Notes under the pieces: model-generated
What the model saw: only the letters and a program-made list of their open reading frames with translations
Told to the model about the DNA's origin: nothing
The model's database searches: none
Part shown: positions 45,224-54,743 of the stretch, in pieces
Numbering within the stretch: position 1 is the first letter of the stretch
Layout: each line of letters begins with the position of its first letter
Translations under genes and position numbers: made by a program
NCBI GenBank assembly: GCA_903859365.1
Contig: CAIOMD010000007.1
Coordinates: 477-64,476 of the forward strand
DNA: 64,000 nucleotides
Reading direction: 5' to 3'
Source of the DNA: an uncultured Candidatus Saccharibacteria bacterium
GTDB lineage: Bacteria; Patescibacteriota; Saccharimonadia; Saccharimonadales; CAIOMD01

Positions 45224-45583
45224 TTAGTTACCGGGGACGATGATACCAATGTTATATTGATTAATCGCATTAAGTCTTTTTTGAGATTCATTATTCGGGG
45301 TAGTAGGAATTATTTTTTTCGTAGCGTCAGTGCCGCAATCGGATGAATAGTCTGGATTAGATTTATTCTGCAGAAATGGAGTTATATCGTAAACGGATGA
45401 AGTGACTAAAATCCAACAATCATTGACTGAATTATGGCGCATCAATTCATGGATAGTAATTTCTTGGGCTGTTCCATTGTTTTGGGTTATTGAATTTTCT
45501 GAATTTTTAAAAATTTGATATATTCCAAATGAAACTGCGATCAGTACCACGAGACTTACAGCAAAAATAAATTTCTTTTTCAC
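45224..45583 (-). CDS. membrane-anchored cytochrome b5-like fold protein lacking the canonical His ligands
   Basis: ITIHELMRHNSVNDCWILVTSSVYDITPFL matches the b5/MAPR N-terminal pattern. The HPGG motif and the second axial His are absent. Confidence 0.55.
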   Translation of the reverse strand: MKKKFIFAVSLVVLIAVSFGIYQIFKNSENSITQNNGTAQEITIHELMRHNSVNDCWILVTSSVYDITPFLQNKSNPDYSSDCGTDATKKIIPTTPNNESQKRLNAINQYNIGIIVPGN

Positions 45584-46230
45584 TATTTTAATTCCCTTAA
45601 AATATCGATTCTATCACTACAGATTTTAATTTCTTTAGATAAACTGTGGAGCAGGCGTGCCCACGTCTTATTATTTACAGTATACACAAAAAGATTAATA
45701 CCCCTCTTTTTGATTCGATAGTAGCTCCATGGTGCCAGAAACCATTTGCTCATTGAAATGCCGCCAAAGCCATATTTTTGAGCATTTTCTATAATCTTTA
45801 TTGGATAACCATGCTGAGCCAGGTAGAGTCTAGATGTATCTACTCCATTCTTTGACAGCTCAAGAAGAGCACCTGGCAAGAAGCTACATGCAAAACTTTC
45901 AGTATGTTTAAGTAAAAAGGGTGCCACAAAGTCAGCACTCTTTTTTGATTTTAATTCAACAAAAAATTTCTCATTTGTTATTGCTTCATCCAATTCTCGA
46001 AGAGTTAATAGATCATTATCTAATTTTTTTAAATCACCATAATTTGTCTTGGATATTTTTTGGTTCTCCAATGATGCATCATGGAAAAGTACTGCCACAT
46101 TATCTTTGGTTACTCGAATATCGATTTCTATATAGCCAGCATCAAATTGAACAGCCCTTTTAATTGCCGCTAGCGTATTTTCTTTTTCAAAATAAGAAGC
46201 ACCGCGATGCGCAACAAGCCATGATTTCAT
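45583..46230 (-). CDS. glycerophosphodiester phosphodiesterase family protein
   Basis: It carries the GDPD motifs VAHRGAS...ENTLAAI and IEIDIRVTKDNVAVLFHD. Confidence 0.8.
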   Translation of the reverse strand: MKSWLVAHRGASYFEKENTLAAIKRAVQFDAGYIEIDIRVTKDNVAVLFHDASLENQKISKTNYGDLKKLDNDLLTLRELDEAITNEKFFVELKSKKSADFVAPFLLKHTESFACSFLPGALLELSKNGVDTSRLYLAQHGYPIKIIENAQKYGFGGISMSKWFLAPWSYYRIKKRGINLFVYTVNNKTWARLLHSLSKEIKICSDRIDILRELK

Positions 46231-46237
46231 ACTATCT

Positions 46238-46243
46238 ATTGTA
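46238..46243 (-). promoter_or_regulatory. -10-like box (TACAAT), overlapping a divergent TATACT on the plus strand
   Basis: On the minus strand TACAAT lies 7 nt upstream of ATG 46230. A plus-strand TATACT at 46242-47 precedes the SD-led ppa gene. Confidence 0.35.
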
Positions 46244-46273
46244 TACTAGATATAAAGGATTAAAGGAGCAACA

Positions 46274-46801
46274 ATGGCAGATTTCAATAAAGTACTTGAA
46301 CCGGGTGATTATTTAAAGGGTGAAATTAATACAGTTATAGAGATTCCAAAAGGATCTAGCTTAAAAGTAGAGTGGGATAGAAAGCGCGCTGCTTTCATGC
46401 TTGATAGAGTAGAACCGGCTATATTTGCAAAACCCGTTAACTATGGATTCATTCCAGGAACAATAGATGAAGATGGTGATGAGCTTGATACTCTTGTCGT
46501 TACCGATGAACCAATTCCAACAGGTGTATGGCTTAAGGCACGAATCGTGGGAATTCTTAATTTTGAAGATGACGGAGAAATGGATTATAAAGTTGTTTGT
46601 GTGCCAGCTGATGATCGAAATACTGGTGATAGCATTAACAATCTAGATGATTTAGGTGAACGATGGCAGCAACAAATTGTCCACCACTTCACCCACTACA
46701 AGGATCTTAAGAAGTCTGGTAGTACTAAAGTTCTAGGTTGGGGTACGACTGATGATGCAAAGAAAATAATTGCAGAATGTATTGAACGTTTTGGAAAATA
46801 A
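46274..46801 (+). CDS. ppa: inorganic pyrophosphatase (family I)
   Basis: It contains EIPKGSSLKVEWD, NYGFIPGT and DGDELD, with an AAGGAG SD. Confidence 0.9.
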   Translation: MADFNKVLEPGDYLKGEINTVIEIPKGSSLKVEWDRKRAAFMLDRVEPAIFAKPVNYGFIPGTIDEDGDELDTLVVTDEPIPTGVWLKARIVGILNFEDDGEMDYKVVCVPADDRNTGDSINNLDDLGERWQQQIVHHFTHYKDLKKSGSTKVLGWGTTDDAKKIIAECIERFGK

Positions 46802-47234
46802 TAAGCCAATCAAAGAAGCGGTTGACGTAACGACAAAACAATTTCGTGTTAGCAAAGTTTTTTTGGAAAACGAAAATAAGGAAATACTTTTACTTCGAAG
46901 AAGTAAAACTGCACCGCATCGAGCTTTAAAGTGGGATCTCCCTGGTGGCTGGGTTGAAGAAGATGAAGAGCCACTAGAAGCATGCAAAAGAGAGTTAATC
47001 GAAGAAACAGGCATCACCGCAAAGACTATAAACATAGTTGAAGAAACTACAGAAAATATTGAACATGGAGTTCTTCAGCGTTTTTACGTACAAGCTAGCG
47101 TCGTAGGCTCAGTAGTAAAACTGAGCTATGAGCATGACACCTATATTTGGGTGACACATAAAGAATTTCTTGATTACATGAAACACGCCCCATATGCTGC
47201 AGCGTATAAAAGACTTTACCCAGTAGCTGAATAA
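46770..47234 (+). CDS. NUDIX hydrolase
   Basis: The Nudix box is GGWVEEDEEPLEACKRELIEETG. The start is uncertain because the ORF overlaps ppa by 32 nt. Confidence 0.8.
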   Translation: MQNVLNVLENNKPIKEAVDVTTKQFRVSKVFLENENKEILLLRRSKTAPHRALKWDLPGGWVEEDEEPLEACKRELIEETGITAKTINIVEETTENIEHGVLQRFYVQASVVGSVVKLSYEHDTYIWVTHKEFLDYMKHAPYAAAYKRLYPVAE

Positions 47235-47331
47235 CTGTTCATAACTTAGCTAAATTATGCTTGACCGGTCGAGCTTGCTTATGATTAAGTAGGTTTAGTT
47301 CGACAAAAACAAAAAAATCAAAGGAAATTAT

Positions 47332-47409
47332 ATGAACGTAATGCGAAAAGTTGGCCTTGCCAGTGGTCTACCGATACTAATAGCGGCAATCTTTATAGCT
47401 ACAAAATAA
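47332..47409 (+). CDS. possible 25-aa hydrophobic micro-protein
   Basis: AAAGGA SD lies 7 nt upstream of the ATG. The product is MNVMRKVGLASGLPILIAAIFIATK, a single TM-like segment in an otherwise empty 250-nt gap. Confidence 0.3.
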   Translation: MNVMRKVGLASGLPILIAAIFIATK

Positions 47410-47486
47410 ATAAAGTTAGCTATTGAGCAATTTGAAGTAAGCATATACAATATGAATATATTTGTTAATTCCTTGGGGGGCTTTAT

Positions 47487-48557
47487 TTGAAAACAAAAGT
47501 AGCAATCAACGGGTTCGGTAGAATTGGCCGAAACGCTTTTAAAGTTGCTTTTGAGAGAGACGATTTAGAAATCGTTGCCCTTAATGATTTAACGGACACT
47601 AAAACGCTTGCTCATCTACTCAAACACGATACTACCTATGGCGCATATCACCATGAGGTTGGCTATGATGAAGATAATCTCATCATCAACGGTAAGGCAA
47701 TAAAAGTATATAAGCAAACTGATCCAGCCCTGCTTCCGTGGGGAGACATAGGAGTTGATGTCGTAATAGAATCAACTGGTTTTTTTGTTGATCCTGCTAA
47801 AGCGAAAGCACATATTGACCAAGCCGGAGCTAAGCGTGTAGTTATAAGTGCCCCTGCTAAAGGTGAGGGTGCCTCTACGATCGTCATTGGGGTTAACGAG
47901 GATACATTAGCGAATGCAGAACCTATTATTAGCAACGCCAGTTGTACCACCAACTGCATCACTCCCGTAATGGATGTAATCCATCAAAATTTTGGAATCG
48001 AAAAGGCAATGATGACAACTGTTCATAGTTACACCGCTAGTCAGAAACTTCAGGACGCGCCTGCTAAAGATTTAAGGGAAGCTCGAGCAGCGGCAGAAAA
48101 TATAGTTCCTACAACTACCGGTGCGTCAATTGCGGCCGGCATTGCGCTTCCGGCGATTGCGGGTGTATTTGGGGGACTTAGTGTGCGTGTCCCAACCCCA
48201 GTGGTATCCCTCAGCGACTTTGTGATTATCACAAAAAAGAATGTAACTGTTGAAGAAGTAAAAGAGGCCTTTAGAAAAGCTGCTGCAGAACCGTATTACC
48301 AAGGAATTTTAGCTGTAACAGACGAAGAATTAGTCAGTAGTGACTTTATAGGTAATAGTCATAGTGCCATCATAGATTTGCCACTAACCGCAGTCGTGGG
48401 TGAGAATATGCTCAAAGTAGTTGCTTGGTATGATAACGAATGGGGTTACAGTAACCGATTAGTTGAACTTGTTGCAGATGCTGGAAAGATATTGCAGGGA
48501 GGTGATCCAAAGTTACAGCAGAACTTCCCCGGTCCTGAAGAGGCTCACTTAATATAA
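47487..48557 (+). CDS. gap: type I glyceraldehyde-3-phosphate dehydrogenase
   Basis: It has INGFGRIGRN, SNASCTTN and WYDNEWGYS. The start is TTG, preceded by GGGGGG. Confidence 0.95.
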   Translation: MKTKVAINGFGRIGRNAFKVAFERDDLEIVALNDLTDTKTLAHLLKHDTTYGAYHHEVGYDEDNLIINGKAIKVYKQTDPALLPWGDIGVDVVIESTGFFVDPAKAKAHIDQAGAKRVVISAPAKGEGASTIVIGVNEDTLANAEPIISNASCTTNCITPVMDVIHQNFGIEKAMMTTVHSYTASQKLQDAPAKDLREARAAAENIVPTTTGASIAAGIALPAIAGVFGGLSVRVPTPVVSLSDFVIITKKNVTVEEVKEAFRKAAAEPYYQGILAVTDEELVSSDFIGNSHSAIIDLPLTAVVGENMLKVVAWYDNEWGYSNRLVELVADAGKILQGGDPKLQQNFPGPEEAHLI

Positions 48558-48565
48558 ACAAAATA

Positions 48566-49018
48566 ATGCAGCTTTTTATTGCATCCGATCATCGAGGGTT
48601 CGATCTCAAGAATTATGTCAAAAATTATCTTGAATCAAAAGGGTATGAAGTTGTCGATATTGGAGATAAAAAATTAAACCCAAACGACGATTACCCTTTG
48701 TTTGCGACCAAAGCAGTTCGAAAGATACTTTTAGCAGATAATAAGACTGCGAAAGGTATTTTATTTTGTGGAAGCGGGCAGGGAATGGTAATGGCGGCAA
48801 ATCGGTTTAAAGGGATTCGCGCCGGCCTTGGATGGAGTGTGGAAGCCGCTAAAGGAATACGTAATGATGAAGACAGCAATGTGCTTGTCATACCAGCGGA
48901 TGTTTTTTCTACTGATAAAGATAAACTGCATGTAATTATTGAAACTTGGCTGAATACTCCCTTCGCAAATGCACCACGTTACAGAAGACGACTTCAAGAA
49001 CTTGATGAGCTATCCTAA
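48566..49018 (+). CDS. rpiB: ribose-5-phosphate isomerase B
   Basis: It shows the RpiB/LacAB pattern IASDHRGFDLK...GILFCGSGQGMVMAANR. Confidence 0.9.
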   Translation: MQLFIASDHRGFDLKNYVKNYLESKGYEVVDIGDKKLNPNDDYPLFATKAVRKILLADNKTAKGILFCGSGQGMVMAANRFKGIRAGLGWSVEAAKGIRNDEDSNVLVIPADVFSTDKDKLHVIIETWLNTPFANAPRYRRRLQELDELS

Positions 49019-49028
49019 AAAAATACGT

Positions 49029-49034
49029 TATACT
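49029..49034 (+). promoter_or_regulatory. -10-like box (TATACT)
   Basis: TATACT lies 8 nt upstream of ATG 49043. Confidence 0.35.
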
Positions 49035-49042
49035 CTAGAGTA

Positions 49043-49687
49043 ATGAGTATAATATGCCCCACTGTTCTTGCAAGTAATAGCCATGATCTTCGTGATCAGA
49101 TCGAGCGCGTGGCGAAATTTGCAAAACGAATTCAGATAGATTTAACAGACGGTATTTTTACTACCAACAAAACAGTTGGATTAAAGAACATTTGGATTCC
49201 TGAAGAGATTGAGACAGATATTCATTTAATGTATAAAGAACCAGAGACTGTCCTAGGGATGCTCATCGAATTAAATCCTTCAATGGTGATAATCCACGTC
49301 GAAAGTAGTACGGATATACCTCTTTTTGCATCAAAATTACGAGAAAATGGAATTAAAACCGGTATTGCACTCCTTCCTGAAACACGAGTTGAAGACGTGG
49401 CGTATCTTTTGCCTCATGTTCAGCATATTCTTCTTTTTGCCGGTAATTTCGGATCATTTGGGGGTCACGCAAGGCTCGAGGTGCTTGAAAAAGTTGCGGA
49501 AATTAGAAAACTTGACAAAAGAATTGAAATTGGCTGGGATGGTGGAGCGAATATCGATAATTGTCTACAAATTGCAAAGGCTGGCGTCCAGGTAATTAAC
49601 GTCGGAGGAGCAATCCAAAACAGTGAAAACCCTCAAGATGCTTATGCTACAATGGAAGTATTAATAACTTCTATAAATAATGCTTAA
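49043..49687 (+). CDS. rpe: ribulose-phosphate 3-epimerase family protein (divergent)
   Basis: The TIM-barrel RPE blocks are recognisable but divergent: IQIDLTDG, DIHLM, IIHVES, GIALLPET, FGSFGG, GWDGG. Confidence 0.7.
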   Translation: MSIICPTVLASNSHDLRDQIERVAKFAKRIQIDLTDGIFTTNKTVGLKNIWIPEEIETDIHLMYKEPETVLGMLIELNPSMVIIHVESSTDIPLFASKLRENGIKTGIALLPETRVEDVAYLLPHVQHILLFAGNFGSFGGHARLEVLEKVAEIRKLDKRIEIGWDGGANIDNCLQIAKAGVQVINVGGAIQNSENPQDAYATMEVLITSINNA

Positions 49688-50537
49688 AAAATATTCACTT
49701 ATTGAACTAGAACAACTCGCAAATTCTATTCGAAAAGATATAATTACGATGCTCGAGCATGCTGGAAGCGGTCATTCGGCAGGTCCACTTGGCCTAGCTG
49801 ATATTTTTACGGCACTTTATTTTGATATTCTGCGTTATGATCCTAAAAAACCAAATTGGAATGAACGAGATATTGTACTGCTTAGTAACGGACACTGTAT
49901 CCCTGTTCAGTATGCGACCATGGCAGAAGCAGGTTTTTTCGACAAAAAAGAGTTACTTACACTTCGTAAATTTGGTTCAAGATTGCAAGGGCACCCAGAA
50001 AGGTTGCGCCTACCGGGGCTAGAGAACACGAGCGGGCCACTTGGGAGTGGACTTAGCCAAGCTATCGGCATGGCCCTTGGACTTCGACTAAATAAAATGC
50101 CACATCGCTATGTTTATGTCGTACTTGGTGATGGTGAACTTGATGAGGGTAATGTATGGGAGGCAGCTATGCTAGCTCCTAAGTATAAGCTCAATAATTT
50201 GATTGCCATTATAGATAGAAACAATATTCAAATCGATGGTCCGACAGAATCCGTTGTGCCGCTAGAGAACCTCAAAGATAAATGGGAAGCCTTTGGTTGG
50301 CATGTGATTGAAATTGATGGGAATAACATTGAGACATTTATTGACGCCAACGCAATGGCAAAGGCAATTGTCGAAAAACCAGTGATGATCATTGCGCATA
50401 CAATTCCTGGAAAAGGTGTAGATTTTATGGAATATGATTTTCACTGGCACGGAAAAGCGCCTAATCATGATGAGGCGATGAAAGCCTTGAAAGAGCTTCG
50501 AACTCTAGGTGGGAAAATTAGGAGTGAGCATGAGTGA
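49680..50537 (+). CDS. transketolase, N-terminal (thiamine-diphosphate-binding) subunit
   Basis: It has GHSAGPLGLADI, GHC...GSRLQGHPE, and the GDGELDEGNVWEA ThDP motif. Confidence 0.9.
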   Translation: MLKKYSLIELEQLANSIRKDIITMLEHAGSGHSAGPLGLADIFTALYFDILRYDPKKPNWNERDIVLLSNGHCIPVQYATMAEAGFFDKKELLTLRKFGSRLQGHPERLRLPGLENTSGPLGSGLSQAIGMALGLRLNKMPHRYVYVVLGDGELDEGNVWEAAMLAPKYKLNNLIAIIDRNNIQIDGPTESVVPLENLKDKWEAFGWHVIEIDGNNIETFIDANAMAKAIVEKPVMIIAHTIPGKGVDFMEYDFHWHGKAPNHDEAMKALKELRTLGGKIRSEHE

Positions 50538-51513
50538 TCTGTATCTTAATGATTATGCCAATGAAGCGGTCGAAAAGGCTCCCACTCGAAAAGGCTATGG
50601 GGAAGGACTCAAAAAAGCCGGCGAAATAAATGACGATGTGGTGGCGTTATGTGCTGATCTTACCGAAAGCACGCAAATGCATCTTTTTAAAGAAGCATTT
50701 CCGGATAGATTTTTCGAAGTTGGAGTAGCAGAACAAAATCTAGTAACCGTCGGATCTGGGCTAGCTGCTATGGGTAAAATTCCTTTTGTTTCAAGTTATG
50801 CTGCTTTTTCTCCAGGAAGAAACTGGGAGCAAATACGAACAACAATTTCACTCAATGACCGTCCAGTAAAAATAGTTGGTTCGCATGCTGGTCTGTATAC
50901 CGGAGCTGATGGCGCCACACATCAAATGTTGGAAGATATTGCACTTATGCGAGTGTTGCCTAACATGGTGGTAATTGTTCCAGGTGATGCCGTGGAGGCT
51001 GAAAAGGCGACACTTGCCCTTGCTAAAGATAGCCGTCCAGCATATTTAAGACTGGCAAGAGAAGCTACACCAATTGTTACAACAGATAAAACGCCGTTCG
51101 AAATTGGAAAAGCATATCTGATGAGAGAAGGTGGAGCCTTGTCTCTTATCTCTACTGGCACAATGACGTACAAGGCACTTATGGCTGCAAGACAGCTTGC
51201 AAATGATGGAATAGAAGTTGATGTTTTGCATGTCCCTACAATAAAACCACTCGACGCTATCGCCATTATTAAATCTGCTTCAAAAACAGGCGTCGTTATA
51301 ACGATCGAAGAAGCTCAGATAAACGGTGGCCTCGGTGGTGCAGTTAGTGAGCTTCTATCTGAACATAAGCCAACTTATGTTTATCGCATGGGGATGCAAG
51401 ACCATTTTGGAGAAAGCGGCACCCCTGACGAATTATTTGATCATTTCGGTCTATCCATTAAACATATCGTATTCAAAGCACACGCCGTACTCAGTGAACT
51501 TAAAAAACAATAG
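50530..51513 (+). CDS. transketolase, C-terminal (pyrimidine-binding) subunit
   Basis: It carries FEVGVAEQN and the transketolase C-terminal domain. ATG 50530 has AGGAG 6 nt upstream and is preferred over the ORF-track start at 50509. Confidence 0.9.
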   Translation: MSDLYLNDYANEAVEKAPTRKGYGEGLKKAGEINDDVVALCADLTESTQMHLFKEAFPDRFFEVGVAEQNLVTVGSGLAAMGKIPFVSSYAAFSPGRNWEQIRTTISLNDRPVKIVGSHAGLYTGADGATHQMLEDIALMRVLPNMVVIVPGDAVEAEKATLALAKDSRPAYLRLAREATPIVTTDKTPFEIGKAYLMREGGALSLISTGTMTYKALMAARQLANDGIEVDVLHVPTIKPLDAIAIIKSASKTGVVITIEEAQINGGLGGAVSELLSEHKPTYVYRMGMQDHFGESGTPDELFDHFGLSIKHIVFKAHAVLSELKKQ

Positions 51514-51524
51514 AGGAGAAAAGA

Positions 51525-52436
51525 ATGGCTATATCGATGCAACAAATAAAAAAGAATTGCGAAAATGCTCGCGCTGCCATGGAACGTGCTCGTAAGGGGC
51601 ATTACGCAATCGGTGCCTTTAACATAGATAATCAAGAAACACTTATCGCTGTCTCACGAGCAGCTCAGAAGCTCAAAGCTCCTGTAATGGTTGAGGTTAG
51701 TGATGGTGAAGTGAAAGCTATGGGGCTCGATAACATTCGTGACATGGTAGATAATTATAAAGCTGAGTACGGCATCGAAATGTATATAAATCTCGATCAT
51801 AGCCCTAGCGTCGAAGCTGCTAAGCTAGGTATTGAAGCAGGCTTTGAGTTTATTCACATTGATGTGAGCCAAGCCGACCACAGCGCATCAGACAAGAAGA
51901 TTATAGATGCTACAAAAGAAATAGTCGCCTATGCTAAATTTACTGGTGCACTCGTCGAGAGCGAACCTCACTATTTCGGCGGAGGTAGCAATGTATTTAA
52001 AGAAGCTTTTGACTATAATGAAATCAAGAAGACATTTAGTAACCCAAAGACTGCTAAGCAGTTTGCAGAAAAAACAGGCATCGATACCTTTGCAGCGGCA
52101 GTAGGAAATCTACACGGCAATTATCCTGTTCCTAAAATGCTCGATCTGCATCTCCTTACTAAAATTAGAAAAGCACTTGATTGTAATATTAGTTTACATG
52201 GTGGTAGTGACACACCCGGCCATTACTTTGAAGAGGCGGTCAAAATTGGTGTGACCAAAATAAATATAAATAGTGATATGCGTAGAGCCTTCAGAGAAAC
52301 ACTTGAAAAAGTCTTAAGAGATAATCCTGACGAATATGCAGTAGTAAAACTTATGCCAACGGTTTACGAAGCTGTCCAAAAGGTTGTTGAGAGTAAATTG
52401 CATAGCTACAATTCCATCGGAAAAGCAGTGCTTTAG
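51525..52436 (+). CDS. fba: class II fructose-bisphosphate aldolase
   Basis: It has AFNIDNQETL, LDHS, the LHGGSD region and TKININSD. Confidence 0.9.
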   Translation: MAISMQQIKKNCENARAAMERARKGHYAIGAFNIDNQETLIAVSRAAQKLKAPVMVEVSDGEVKAMGLDNIRDMVDNYKAEYGIEMYINLDHSPSVEAAKLGIEAGFEFIHIDVSQADHSASDKKIIDATKEIVAYAKFTGALVESEPHYFGGGSNVFKEAFDYNEIKKTFSNPKTAKQFAEKTGIDTFAAAVGNLHGNYPVPKMLDLHLLTKIRKALDCNISLHGGSDTPGHYFEEAVKIGVTKININSDMRRAFRETLEKVLRDNPDEYAVVKLMPTVYEAVQKVVESKLHSYNSIGKAVL

Positions 52437-52467
52437 ACTAACCATAAGTGGTATACTGGTGGTAAAT

Positions 52468-53448
52468 ATGAGTGGGCAAAAAGTACGACATGAAATAAAG
52501 ATTCTATCTATTGGCGGGGCAGTACAAGATGTTTTTTTAATTGGTAAAATTTTTGCCCCAAAACATGAACATCATGAAACTGTTGAAGAATTTGTTATGG
52601 GTTCCAAAAACCAATTGGATGGGGTCATTTTCTCTACTGGAGGTGGTGCCACAAATGCAAGCGTGACTTTCGCAAGACAAGGTTTTCATTCGATGTACAT
52701 GGGCAAAATAGGGCACGATATTGCGGGTAAAGCCATTTTGGATGATCTTCATAGTAACGGTGTTGATACATCATTAGTCGGTTACTCTAAAGATATGGGA
52801 AGCGGTTATTCAGCAGTCTTACTCGCACCCAATGGAGAACGAACAATTATGTCTTATCGTGGTGCTAGCGCTCATTATGACTTGCAAGAATCAGATTTTC
52901 ACAACCTTGAAGCTGACTGGTTTTATGTTACGTCGCTCGATGGTAATTTCGAAGTATTAGATGAAGTGTTCGCATTTGCCAAGAAAAAAGGAATAAAAAT
53001 TGCTATGAATCCAGGCGCTAAGGAACTTGCCGATAAAACAAATTTAAGAAGACTTATCCCACAAATGACCTTGCTCTCAATGAATAAAGACGAGATGCAA
53101 CAAATTTATGAAGGCAAAACCATGGAAGAGTTAGTTAGGGCTGCAAAAAAAGATGTTCCGTACGTCATTGTTACTGATGGTCCGCATGGAGCAGTTGCCG
53201 CAGATATGCATCATATCATTTCCGCAGGCATGTATGAGGATGTACCAGTTGTTGATAGAACTGGGGCAGGTGATGCCTTTAGCTCAGGTTTTACGGCTAT
53301 GATTGCGGCAAACGAAAGTTTAGAAAAAGCAGTAACACTTGCAAGCGCAAATTCCACAAGTGTAGTTGGTTCAATTGGTGCAAAAGTGGGTATTCTTTAT
53401 GACTCAGCTAAACTTCATAAGATGGAATTCTCAATAAAGGATTTTTAA
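52468..53448 (+). CDS. PfkB-family carbohydrate/nucleoside kinase
   Basis: It has a ribokinase-like fold with the GGGATNASV region and a C-terminal DRTGAGDAF motif. ATG 52468 is preferred over the ORF-track start at 52384. Confidence 0.8.
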   Translation: MSGQKVRHEIKILSIGGAVQDVFLIGKIFAPKHEHHETVEEFVMGSKNQLDGVIFSTGGGATNASVTFARQGFHSMYMGKIGHDIAGKAILDDLHSNGVDTSLVGYSKDMGSGYSAVLLAPNGERTIMSYRGASAHYDLQESDFHNLEADWFYVTSLDGNFEVLDEVFAFAKKKGIKIAMNPGAKELADKTNLRRLIPQMTLLSMNKDEMQQIYEGKTMEELVRAAKKDVPYVIVTDGPHGAVAADMHHIISAGMYEDVPVVDRTGAGDAFSSGFTAMIAANESLEKAVTLASANSTSVVGSIGAKVGILYDSAKLHKMEFSIKDF

Positions 53449-53486
53449 TGCTAATGCTATTATGTAAGCAAGAGAATATTTAACCA

Positions 53487-54743
53487 ATGTCACGACTTAT
53501 ATCAGATTTATTAGGTGCTACCGAACCAATGTTTAGCCTTGCTATTCGTCAACTAGAAGAGTTGAGTGATAATAACGGTGCCGATATTCGCTTAAGTGCA
53601 GAAATTATAGGACAAGTGCAACTGAAAACAAAACAACTTGGGCTTGATCCTCATGATACGACAGGTAAAGAACTGTATTACGCATTAATGGAACATGTAC
53701 GGAAAAACGATCTTCATCTAATGCATGCTATTGGAGGCAAAGACCGAGACAGCCCAAGCCAGTTAATGCCATTAATGAAAAAAGCTGCTGAAGCGGTTAA
53801 GCTAAATCGCAAATGTTGGGTTCTCAAAAAGAGTGTTGCAAAGGAATTTCTGAAAAAAACACCACCTCCTACCATTATGAAATTACTTGGCTATAAAAGT
53901 ATTGATAGTATGCTCAAAAAAGAAAATATATTTGAAATTTATGGCGCTTTACGATTTGCCGAAGGACCAGAATGGCTCAACAATTTCGATGCTCAATATA
54001 AAACAATTAGCCCTTCAGATTTCGAACAAAGAGATATTGAGATTGTCCAAATGCCAGCTGATAGGTGGGGTGAAATTACTAAGCCATTTATTCATAAAAA
54101 AAGACATAACATAACCCATCTCAAGGAGTTGGGTGTAATTTTAATGCTTCCGATTTCGCTTGATTCTATGCCAGGTATAACAATAACCGTGATGCCGCTC
54201 CTCTTTCATTATTTAAACGAAATAAGACTATATAGTGCATTCTTTAAGTTGCAGCAAGTAAAGCCAGATTTTGCTCAGATAGTTATCGACACTCTTATTG
54301 CTGATCCAGGCGAGGCTGCAATCATGGTAGGGCAAAAAATTCATTGGAGAGTTATTCAACGCTATTTTGGAAAACTTGAGAATGAATATCATCCAGAGAT
54401 TTTTGAACCTCACGTGCAGCCAGAAGATTTGCACTGGAGAAAAGCAGAACATATTCTCTATGAAATTGATCCTGAGCTCGCGTGGTGGCGTGATTTAGAT
54501 TACGTTGGAGTGATGCATCAAGGCCGTCCCGTCTCACTTAACCTACTAGATCTTGCCGTATCCTATAGTACGCAAACACCCTACAAAGAACGAGCAGTCT
54601 ATCATTTTAGGGAAAGTTTGTGGAATGAGCTGTTTGAACGATATATGGGCCACAAAGTACTACAAGACCAAGTACTTAAGCAATTAGATAATAATCTTAT
54701 AGCACCAGAGACAATACATAAAAGTTTGATAGGCAGAGGCTAG
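53487..54743 (+). CDS. hypothetical protein (418 aa), no recognised family
   Basis: The long ORF has balanced composition and is Trp/His-rich in the C-terminal half. Its stop abuts the start of the next gene (TAGATG). Confidence 0.6.
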   Translation: MSRLISDLLGATEPMFSLAIRQLEELSDNNGADIRLSAEIIGQVQLKTKQLGLDPHDTTGKELYYALMEHVRKNDLHLMHAIGGKDRDSPSQLMPLMKKAAEAVKLNRKCWVLKKSVAKEFLKKTPPPTIMKLLGYKSIDSMLKKENIFEIYGALRFAEGPEWLNNFDAQYKTISPSDFEQRDIEIVQMPADRWGEITKPFIHKKRHNITHLKELGVILMLPISLDSMPGITITVMPLLFHYLNEIRLYSAFFKLQQVKPDFAQIVIDTLIADPGEAAIMVGQKIHWRVIQRYFGKLENEYHPEIFEPHVQPEDLHWRKAEHILYEIDPELAWWRDLDYVGVMHQGRPVSLNLLDLAVSYSTQTPYKERAVYHFRESLWNELFERYMGHKVLQDQVLKQLDNNLIAPETIHKSLIGRG

